Notes under the pieces: model-generated | What the model was told of the DNA's origin: nothing | Database searches by the model: none | What the model saw: the letters and a program-made list of their open reading frames with translations, nothing else | Position numbers and translations under genes: made by a program | Source of the DNA: Mesotaenium endlicherianum | Lineage: Eukaryota | Direction: 5' to 3' | Assembly (NCBI GenBank): GCA_009602735.1 | Contig: WELA01002751.1 | Span: forward strand, 126,447 to 185,782 | DNA length: 59,336 nucleotides | Part shown: in pieces, positions 35,292 through 46,060 of the stretch | Layout of the letters: each line of letters opens with the position of its first letter | Position numbering within the stretch: the first letter of the stretch is position 1

Positions 35292-38200
35292 GCACAATCT
35301 TATTTTTTCGTTCTTTCAATTTGTCTTACAAAGAGCTCTTTTTTGATGCTCTATGTTGTACTTTTCCATGTAATGAATTAGTATTGCAGCAGATATATTC
35401 ATTCAATTAGAAACTGTATAGTTTTTTTAGTTCTGTTTCCTAAATTTTAGTCAATGGTCGATATAATTGACTTGGCCAAGAGTAGTAGGCTGAAGTCCAC
35501 TGAAGTTAGCTTGCTGTAATGATCCGCCGCGTGGCCAGATGCGGCGCGTGCGACACGTCGCGACTACAACCAGAAGTGTCGGTTTGAATTGTATAAGTAC
35601 AATTGGCGCGCGATCAAAGTACCTCAAGTTGCCTTCTTGTTTGTATCGCTACTCTTTCTGACACATTCTTTGGTTAGCTGATGTCCTACCGACGAGGTTC
35701 TCCTGGGGAGGCGGTGCCATCGCACTTGCTGTTGAACTGTAAACTCATTCCATGTACATATACTAGGTTTGCTGTCGAGTTCGACATTTTGAAACGAGGC
35801 CAGTTCTCTTACAGTCTTCGGACTACTGAGAAAATATATGAAATGAAGGCTGCAAGCTATTTTACGAACTGCTTACTAACCTCGATTATGTATAAGTGCA
35901 CTGATTGAATGATTGATGCTTGTTACTTGCATCTGATAATTGCTGACGCTAGTTGTGTGGTCTTTTGCTGATTACAGAAGTTAATCAGAAATTATCATTT
36001 GGATTATAAAGATCTTCCATTAAATTGATGTTCGCTTATTGGTAAGTCAACTCATGTCATTCCACAATGTAGACCACCACTTCATTGAGCTCTATAGCCA
36101 CGTGAAACTAAGTCAAAGACTATCTTGTTTGAGTATTTATTAAGTTAGTCACGAGTACAATAAGGTGCTATCCGTAGATAAGATATCAAGTCGTTGAGAA
36201 CGTACTTTAATCTTGAGCTTTCTGGAGTGGTAAAAACAAAAGCCTGGCCCTATTTGGGTGGGTTAATATTTGGTGGTACGCCGTGTCTGTCAAAATGCTT
36301 ATAAAGTGGACGTATTATTATAATGCAAAGGTCAGTGTGTCTTCAATGTCTTTTTTTGCAACCATACATCATAGGTGACAAGTCCCATCCGTTCGTGATG
36401 GGGATGAATGTGAAGCTGACCAAACGATCTTTAAAATATGTTATGAAATATTTGGTCAAAAGGAAAGGCTATGCATCTTGGATGTCGAGACACTTGGAAC
36501 TCTACGGAAAAGCTGATGAACACTGAAATGAATCAACTTACCAATAGGCGACTAACAATTAATCAAAGAGCTTCATATCAACAAGTAATCTTTATGGTAT
36601 TTTCTGGTTACTTAGTGAACAGCGAAAGACTCAAACAAATAGCATCAAAATACTCACGTGTCAAATGCAACTGCAAGTATACAAGCATCAATCATGCAAT
36701 CAGTAAACTCGTACACAAGCAAGGCTAGAAGACAGTTCGTATCAATGGCTTCTCGCCTTGAATTAGATATCTCTCAGTAAGCGGTACAAGAGAGTTGGCC
36801 ACGTTTCCGAATGCCGACTTCGTGAGCATGAGTTTACTGTTCAACGGCAAGTGCGATGGCACCGCCTACCCGGGAGTTAACCACGTCGGTAGGACCTCGG
36901 CTAACCAAAGCTACAGCCATCTCCCATCATCCCAAATCCCCATCCACCCAAGGGAGTTCTCTGGCCATTCATCTAGCATATCACATTTAGATGCATATGT
37001 AGGCAATTCACTGATACCGCGTACGGCAGTCAGTTGTCAAAGAATGTGTCAGCAAGGTGACCTAAGTTGACTTCAGCCTGCTGCCCTCGGTTAAGTCAAT
37101 ATACTGAATTTAACTAGAAGTCCAGCAATCTTAATATTAACTAAAGTTGAGCAGACTGAACTTAATCAACTAGTATATTCAAATGAATATCATATCTAGC
37201 AATATACTGATTCATTACAAACGCCAAAGGCACTCTTTGAAATGAATCGACTTATTGATTAATGAATAACAATCAAATTAAGATCTTTATGTGAGCAGAT
37301 AATTTTTATGGTGTGTTCCGATTTGCCTATCAAACATTACAAATAGCATAAGCAACTCTCAACAGTCAAAAGCAATAAAACGAGCATCAATCATGCAATT
37401 GATAGACTTATAGGTAGAATAATTAAGTTACTTGTGTAATGGCTTGCAACCTTGGATTCATATATAATCTCGGTAGTTTGTTTAGAAAGTCGGCCTTGTT
37501 TTTTATTGCCGAACTCGATGGCAAATCCATCATTTGTACATGGAATGAGTTTCCTTTTCAACAGCCATACGTTGGCATCGCTAACTTGGGTGTTAACTTT
37601 TTTCGTATCAGATTGACTACCCAAATCCACAACCATCTTCTATCATTCCAACTTGCCATTGATTGGCTTCTATGCCATTATCAAATTTGCTGCTCTAAAA
37701 GCTGTGTCATATTGGATACTACTTTTGTGCTCTAAAATGCGCCTTAGATTCATCCTTACCACACTGAAATAAATCAATTCACCATCAAGCGATTATCTAT
37801 AAAGCAAAAGATCTTTATATCAACAAGTAATTGTTAATGGTGTTTCTACTTACTTGATTAAATAGCAATTCATAAAATATCTAGCTTAAGCAAATCTCAC
37901 AAGTCAAATGCAACTAACGTGCACTAGTCATGCAATCAGTATCTCATACATAAGCAAGGTTAGTAAGCAAATCGTCTAACCGCTTGCAGCCTTGGATTTA
38001 GACATCATCTCAATATTATGTACAGAGAATTGGCCTCGTTTCCAAATGGCGAACTTGATAGCAAACCTAATATATGTACATGGGATGAGTTATTGTTCAA
38101 CGGCAAATGCGATGGCACTGCGTACCCGGGAGTTAACCTCGTCGGTAGGACATCTACTAACCAAATTCACAGCTATCTCTCATCATCTCAAATCGCCAGC

Positions 38201-38422
38201 AGCCAAAGGCGTCATCTAGCTATTCATGTAGCATATCACAAGAGATGCATTACTAGGCAGTTCGCTAGTTTCGGTTAAGGCGGTCAGTTGGCTGTCAAGA
38301 ATGTATCAACAAGCTAACTTAAGTAGATTTCAGCCTGCTACTCTCGACTGAGTAACAATATTGAATAATAAGTAAACTTCCAACAAATAAAGTGATATAA
38401 GTATTACACTTGATTGAATTGA

Positions 38423-38524
38423 GATATATATATATATATATCTGTATATATATGTATAGTAACATATAAATTTACTACATATATATATATATATATGTAT
38501 AGTAACATATAAATTTACTACATA
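38423..38524. repeat. (TA)n tract with a duplicated ~43-bp unit
   Basis: tatatatgtatagtaacatataaatttactacata occurs twice in tandem. Confidence 0.9.
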
Positions 38525-38546
38525 CACTAACTTAAACTATGGATGT

Positions 38547-38944
38547 ATGAAGATGAAATCATTTTACAAAGTGAAGTTCAGACAGCGGAAGCAAATGGAG
38601 GTTGCAAAGCGACAGGATAGCTTCAAACAAGATATGGGGGCAATCACACCCTATATGGGCAAGCATACTTTTATGAAGTGGGCCAAAGACGAAGGACACA
38701 TAGAATAGAGCAAAGTGACACTCAAGCAGCCGCCACGAGTTCCTAGAAGAGAGAAATCAATCAAATACTTCATGCCAGTCAGGCATTTTAGATAATTCAC
38801 TGAAGAACGATCCTCATTTTTTGACGTGGCTCAGGACGAAGAGCAGGAACAATAGGAGCAAGGTCAGAGTGATGGAGAGTCCAATAAGAATTCAAGTGAG
38901 GATTATGAGCAAGGGGAGCAGTCACAAGATGTAATAAGTCATTA
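38547..38944 (+). pseudogene. Decayed coding fragment inside the foldback element
   Basis: One frame reads MKMKSFYKVKFRQRKQMEVAKRQDSFKQDMGAITPYMGKHTFMKWAKDEGHIE*SKVTLKQPPRVPRREKSIKYFMPVRHFR*FTEERSSFFDVAQDEEQEQ*EQGQSDGESNKNSSEDYEQGEQSQDVISH*. Purine-rich, protein-like composition with three internal stops. Confidence 0.4.
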
Positions 38945-39563
38945 AATTGTTACATATCATAATTATAAAAACTTTGATACTTAATTAGGTTCAGCCGGTT
39001 CAATTGTACTTCAAATTAAGTATGATGACGCATCAAATAGTGGTGGGATGATGTCCATCTGTAGCGATACAAACAAAAAGGTAAGTCGAGGTACTTAGAT
39101 TGCGCGCCAATTGTACTTATACAAAGCTGTAATAAATCAATATATTGGTTAGATATAATTTTCATTTATATATAATAGTAAATAAGTTCAGTCTACCGCA
39201 TTGTAGTAATATTAAGTCTGCTGGATTACTAATACTTAGCTTAATGACTCAGTCGGGGGCCAGGCTGAAGTCAACTTAGGTCAGCCTGCTGACTTAAGTC
39301 AACTTGCTGACACATTCTTTGACAGTTAGCTGACTGCCATATTCGGTAGCAGTAAATTGCCTAGTTATGCATCTAAGTGTGGTGTGCTAGATGAGTGGCA
39401 AGATGACACCCTTAGGGTGGATGGCGATTTGGGATGATGGGAGATGGCTGTGGATTTGGTTAGTCGAGGTCCTACCGACGTGGTTAACTCTCGGGTAGGC
39501 GGTGTCATCGCACTTGCCGTTGAACAGTAAACTCATTCCATGTACATATGCTAGGTATTGATT

Positions 39564-39567
<4 letters not shown>

Positions 39568-39633
<66 letters not shown>

Positions 39634-39677
39634 NNNNNNNNNNNNNNNNNNNNNNNNNNNNNNNNNNNNNNNNNNNN

Positions 39678-39730
<53 letters not shown>
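39568..39730 (+). repeat. (GA)n microsatellite spanning a gap
   Basis: Pure GA run on both sides of Ns at 39633-39677. Confidence 0.97.
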
Positions 39731-39735
<5 letters not shown>

Positions 39736-40820
39736 GTCGATCATGTGTTTGTTTTGTGATCCATATAATATTTTGTTTTAGATCCTTTCTTCATTTAGTA
39801 TTTCTGGAGTTATTAATCAATAACTTGCCGCACGATAAAATTACACATGCATGCACATTTCAAGTCTTTGCTTGCATACACGAGCGCATGCACCCACACA
39901 TCCATGCATGTGATTGAGCGCACACTTGCATTACCATATAATGCTTTCTTAAGTCCTTGACACATTATTTTGCCTATACCTTGTGTAAACGATTGCATGC
40001 ACGGGTGCCCACATGCAAGCAACAAAGAATCGCAAATTGGCATATGCTTGTTTCCCACCTCATATGCACATGTCCAAACACGCACCAATTCCTACATTAG
40101 CATAATGTTTTCATTCTACCCTTAAGATTCAATTACAAATTATTATTACATGTTGCATCCATGGTTGCACGCGCGCATTTATATCACACGCCTCGACGAC
40201 CAGCGCACGCTCGAAATGGTCGACCGTGTGTTTTGTGCCGCTTTAATGTATATCAAGCGGTTTTAATGCGTACGGGATACTGAGCTGGCTGGCGCTGGGC
40301 GGGCCGTTTTTTGCCACACGCTGTTTGTATCCGAGAAACCCCTGGCGCCATGTTCGGTCGCTTTTAACGATGTGGTGACGAGTTCATTTGAAATCCACAC
40401 GGTTGACGCCTGACAAGTCTGACGAGTGACCGGTACCAAGCACTCGGCCATATGGACGCCTGATAAGTTAGGTCACAGATCGTATCGAGAAGTCTTGGCG
40501 AAAAATGCCAAAGATGGATGGGTGCCAGATTATCTTCGAGTGAAAACGTGCAAGACCCAAAGTGCACTCTACGCGTTTTTTCCCCAACAATTTCTGTTCG
40601 AACTGGGAGCATGGGTTGGACAAATAGCTCCTCCGTTGAATCACGATTCAGCAGATGCGAGAGGCCAAAGAAGGCCGCATCATGCACTGGTAAGTACTAA
40701 GTATATTTGAATGAATATTATACTATCGATAATACTGGTTCAGTTACAATTCGTCCAGTTTAAATTGTTGTCGCCCCGACAACACTAAAGCACTCACATT
40801 AATAACTCAAAGCAACAATA

Positions 40821-42063
40821 TTAACCACCTGACAAAAGCATGCAACACAACAGATAACTTACCTCCTCAGGCAAGCTAGGTCCCTGGGACCCTATCTTCT
40901 GCCCTAAACCTGGACCTTGTCCACCTATCAGGTGGCCTTCTGAACCCTTCAGTCTCAGCCCAAGGTGGGCCCTTAGGAGAACGCGGCAACTGGGCAGCCT
41001 CCTCTTGCACAGTTTGCAAGTTAATGGAAGCACGTTCTTGTGCAACCAACGTAGTGACAGGATCAAGTACAAGATTGCCATAAGGACGCTGCATGACATG
41101 GATTAAGGACACATGCTTCCGGTGGGAAGGTGAAGCTGGCATCTCTTTGGCTGCTTCCCTCGCAGCCCTCCTGCCGCCCCTGTCTGCTGGAGTTTCAGCC
41201 CCCAAGTGCGGGGTCTTCTCCCTGTTGAAACTCCCCAGCCAAGTGACGTCTGCCTCTCCAGCTGCCTGTTGGCTGGTCTCCTCCAGCTGTTGCAAGGCCC
41301 TCTCTGCTGGGAGGCAGTCCAATCTTCTGCAGGGAAGGAGATTTTGCAAGTGTTTGAGTCTTGGCAGGATTGGATTCTGCACCTGTGTCCCGATCCTCTT
41401 CATCCTCCTGCTCCTCCAAAACTGCTAGTGTTGACTCTGCCAACCTGTCCAACCGGGCCTTAGGTAGAGAATATGGAGCTGAATTCCCACTCCTAGCCTT
41501 TGGTGGGGGGCTGCTGGCCCTGACTGGCCCTTCTCCCCTTGCTTGCCTGCCCATTTGACATAAGCATGCTTACCCTCACAGAAAGAGTGCCTGGCTCTGG
41601 TCCTCTCATCCTTCATCTCTTCACTTATACACCTCCTTAGCCTATCCAATCTAGGGTCCCAGGGTGCAATGTGAGAGAATAGAGAGATGGTGCCGTCCAG
41701 CAGAGGGTCGAAGTCATCTTCCACAGTCCATTCATTCTCCTGATAATCAATGTTTATGGTCATCTAGCGCCTATCCATAGGCTGCTTGAAGAAGACAGGG
41801 TTCGTCCTCTTCAGTGTGCAGGGTTACGAGTGGGCTGAGAACATCTGCTGGCTGGTCTCTGTGGGCCAAAATTCCCAACTCCTCCTCTCTACCTCATTAT
41901 ACATGGGCTTGAACCTGTGGTAGGATGTTACATCTTTGAAGCTATCCGGTAGCATCTGAATCACCTTGATGACTCTGTGAGATCCTACTATCCTTGGTAC
42001 ACGCACTGGTGGTGGTGGGTGGGTCTTCAGGACGTAGAAGGTGGAATATATGATTATATACAT
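40821..42063 (-). mobile_element. Probable decayed non-LTR retrotransposon ORF1 (gag-like) fragment
   Basis: Intron-free chain of minus-strand ORFs (42063-41824, 41763-41425, 41554-41195, 41403-40876) broken by stops and frameshifts. A degenerate knuckle-like RHSFCEGKHAYVKW is followed by a basic/Pro low-complexity tail. No RT or endonuclease motif is visible. Confidence 0.35.
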
Positions 42064-42580
42064 TCTTACATGGACAAGTCAAGAACAATAAGAATCTTTT
42101 AAAAAAAACCCATGTTTAATGCAAGTTGCAAAATTGTATGAGGTTTCATATCCTCCGAGTAAACAGTTGTATTTTTCAGCTCGAATATTGGCTTCTTGCT
42201 TCTGATTATTAAGCCTAAAGCAACCCTCCATCTTCATTTACTATGTCAACCGTACCTACCAAAGGTAACATGAACCCAATTCTACCTGCAAAGAACGGGA
42301 CCTAATATGCCAACACTAGCAAGTATTAATAATTTCTTGCCATCAAGATTGCAATAACCTATGGGGGTACCGAATCTCACCTCATGCTTCGCAGGGTGTC
42401 TTCCACATTTGACATTGAGGCATTTGTCAACAGCTTCGACAAGCACATGCATAGATTAGAGGCAGGGAGGGGTTACGCCTACTTGGTTCAAGAAAGTTGC
42501 GCAATACGAGTCCACCTCCACTATGCTGTATGCACTAGAATACAATGAACAAATCGGCCATGGACATGTACATAGGCTTC

Positions 42581-45500
42581 TCAGATGATGACAAACACCA
42601 GGTCCTCGCGACTGACAATGACTTGGTGGTGTGGATTCGTGTAGACATAGGGCACTGGAGCATCCAGCGTCCCTGCTGCCCTGAAGAGCCCCAGCGACAG
42701 GAGACCTTCCTCCCTGAGCAGATATTTGAACAACTCAATGTACGTGCTCCCATGAAACTCAGAGGGGACGCAGATCTGCTCCAAGCTCCTCGCAGGTTCT
42801 GGAGAGCCGTCCTCACGAGCCCCGTGCTGGTGGATCACGTCGGGAGCAGGCCCGCCGCAGATAAGCTGCTCCACTATGTCCTTGGTCGCCCTATTGTGAA
42901 ACATCGACCGCCTGCGTTGCATCACCACCACCAAGTACGGTCACAAACGCTGCTATCTTGCAGCACCAGAGCACCAAGGGTACAAAGAGAACAAAGAAGA
43001 GGAAACAGGCAGTTGCCACACGCATGCCGTGGTGGTGATATTGCTCAACAGCCAGCTGCACAGGCAAACTACTTGTGCACGCTCCTTGCCCCTTGACAAG
43101 CCATTTAAGAACGTATGTCACCATGCCAACGCAGACGGGGGATGGGCGACGATAATTTACAGCACAAAGCCGAGCCACGATGAGCAGAACACTTTGCCCT
43201 CGATGAAGGGGGGCGCAAAGTGCAGGAGAGGCTCTCTGTCAAACTCCCAGTCCTGCCCCCAGCAACCAACCACCCAGACTTCACATGAGTCACAAGTGCA
43301 AGCGTATGGTTGTGCAATGCCGACAAGCAGAACGAATTGCTAGATCCGTGCTCATTCCAGCACTCAAACAGCACAGCTCCACCTTCAGCTGATACAAGAT
43401 GAAGCTTGTCGAAGTCTCAGATGGCCGATACTGCCCACAAACCTCAGTCCACTCTCTCGCCCCTCCTCCCTCCCTCCCTCTCCCTCTCACTCTCTCTCCC
43501 TCTCTCCCCGCCAAGTGCACACGTGCCCTGTGCTCTCACCTTCTCTTTGATGCGGTTCTGGGACAGCTCGAGCTGCGGAGGGAGGTACAGGAACGAGGTG
43601 CTGTGCTGCATCTCCACCAGGACCTTACTGTGGCCTCCCTGCAGGACCAAGCAAAGCACAGGTCAGTCGAGAAGCTCCAGTGCCACACTGCCCAGGAGGA
43701 CTATCTCCTTGGCACAGCTGGACGTGCCCGCCTAAAGTCACCGGCAGGAAGTGTCGTCCTTGCGAGGTGAGAGAACGGAGCAAACCAATTAGTGACTGTG
43801 CCACTCTCCACTCCACACAATGTTGTGTTATCATGTTTCTGGAGAGAGCGTCCTCAGGCTGTCAGCACAAGCATGCTCGACCTGTCGTCTACGGCAACGT
43901 AAAGAGCGGGCTTAGATGACGGCAAACGCAAAGCAAGGACACGTCCACATTCGTGTCGAACTAGCATCACCCCAAGCCCCATAACCCTGTCCTAAAGTGC
44001 CCTCCCTTACAAGAGACAGCAGACTCACAGCTGGCAAAAGATCCTCGCAGTTGGCGGCGATGATCATGTTCTGCACGTCACTGCACAGCACCAGAGCGCG
44101 GAGGGGCCCACCCGCCGTCAATGGCTGTGTGGTGCGCACGCCCTCTCCAGCGCACATTCACCGGGCGCAGCCATGGTGCCCAGTAGTGCTGCTCGTCAAT
44201 CAATCTCTGTGTGAATGCAACTCGGGGCAAGGGGCCAAAGGCGCAAAACTTGCATGCACGCACGCACGCGGCGCACACAGAGAAACGGGGCCTTCAAGAA
44301 AAGCGCTCCGCAAAGTTGTGTATGCGGACTCCGACTGAGAACACCCCCCTTGTGCGGCCCCGTCCTCCTTTCCCTTTCTCCAGTCGTCATATGCAATGAC
44401 TTGGTGTGAGCGCCACCGCGCGAGCGAGCAAGCAAAAAAGGAGGCATGCAGCATACGTCCGCTTACTTGATGTAGGCGTTGTTGGGGAATTTGAGCTCTT
44501 CCCCTTGTGCCGCTACACCGCTGCCGCTGTCTTTGGGGTTGCCCGCATCCGCCACCACCACCACCTTCACTGCACATGCAACAGCGGCGCTACTTACCGG
44601 CGCAGTCGCGCGACATGCCGCCCTGACACCAGTGCCCTGGAGGATCACATTGAAACCACATCCTCAAAAGATCCTCACTGCAGAACCTCACGGCAGTACG
44701 GGCAGGGCCTCAACTCCAGCCTCAGACTCGCCCCCGGATTGTGCACGCCTCCTTCATCACAGGTGGAGGAGGAGGAGGAGGAGGAGGAGGAGGAGGAGGA
44801 GGAGGAGGAGGAGGAGGTGGTGGGCGCGGCGCGTACGGGCTTGCAGGATGCCGGCGCGCAGGAGGTCGAGCTCGTGCATGGGGGAGCCCTCCACAAAGAA
44901 GACGTCGGGGAACATGCCGCAGTAGCCCCACTGCTGCGCCGTGGGCGCGTGCGGGTGCAGGATCACCACGGGCTTGCGCAGGAAGTGGTGCGAGCGCAGC
45001 GTCGACAGCATGTAGTACAGATTGGTGGGCCACTCGTTCTGTTGCCCGCCCCCGCAGCCCACAGCCCACAGCCGCTCCGCTGCAGCCTCAGGCAGAGCTC
45101 TCCTTCCCTCAGTGCCCTGCCGGGTACCCTGGCTGACTGTGGCAGCCGCTACTTACTGTATGTCATCCACACCTTGTACACTCAGAGCCACTTTCAGAGT
45201 CGTGAGGACCTGCGGTTCTCCCTCTCAGAAACAGACGCTTGAGCTAGCCTTGCAGATTGATGTCGAGCTCGAACGCCAAAAGCCTCCTTTGCGCCCAGCC
45301 GCGGCCGGCCGCCTCGCTCCCCTCTCGTTCCCTCTCCTTAACACCCGCCCTCTCGCCCTCCTAGTCGCAGATGGCCATGACCATGGTCGCCTGTCGCATC
45401 TCCCACCCCCGCCTGCTCACGCCCTCCCTCTCCTGACGTCTAGCCCACGACAGAGAGTGCCCTCTCCCACGACCTCATTTTGAGCCAGTTTGCGGCCCAA

Positions 45501-45936
45501 GGAGAGAAAAGCCTCGCCATGGCCTCTCTCCCGCCATGGCGCACTCCCTCATTGAATGCGTCCCGTGACTAAAAGCGGGCATAAAATTGGGTGCCATTCA
45601 CATCCGACCCACCCACACAGCCCCCCTTTGCAGATCCCTTGAGGTGCCCAATGGTACCGTGGCGTAAGTCAAATTGCGTGCCTCACACTGAAAGGCATAA
45701 ATCACCCTGCTTTTCGCTGCGCCGCTATACTGAGCGCTCCTTCGGCAGAATTGCCACGAATGAGATTGCGTTGCTTACTAAGCCCACATGTTCGAAGAAG
45801 GTGCTACATGGCGTACATCTTGCATAAGGGCACACGTGCAACACTACTAGCTCTTGTGCCGCGAGTGCACAGGTTTTTGAGCTCGTTTAAGCAGACACCC
45901 ACCCAGCCTCCCCGTCAGGTTTGCCGCCAGTTGTGG

Positions 45937-46015
<79 letters not shown>

Positions 46016-46016
46016 N

Positions 46017-46060
<44 letters not shown>

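Larger units (their letters stand above)
35366..39560. repeat. Five diverged copies of a 0.4-0.7 kb repeat: minus 35366-36062; plus 36521-~37220, ~37237-37680, ~37762-38410; minus ~39129-39560
   Basis: Shared core ttcaacggcaagtgcgatggcaccgcctacccgggagttaaccacgtcggtaggac (near 36840 and 38096, degenerate near 37557, reverse near 35680-35740 and 39470-39525). Shared tail aagaatgtgtcagcaag...gacttcagcctgct. Confidence 0.85.
33779..40618. mobile_element. Foldback-type non-autonomous DNA transposon with ~800-bp TIRs (33779-~34582 and ~39824-40618) and a 7-bp TSD
   Basis: The left arm caacccatgctcacagttcaaacaggaattgttgagg... matches the reverse complement of 40618 backward (caacccatgctcccagttcgaacagaaattgttgggg...), roughly 80% identical by eye. 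GACAAAT lies at both 33772-33778 and 40619-40625. Termini are CA...TG. Confidence 0.85.

Noticed and set aside
36521..38410. Repeat-spacer pattern considered as CRISPR-like
   Set aside because: The units are hundreds of bp long, diverged and in a eukaryotic context, with no cas genes.
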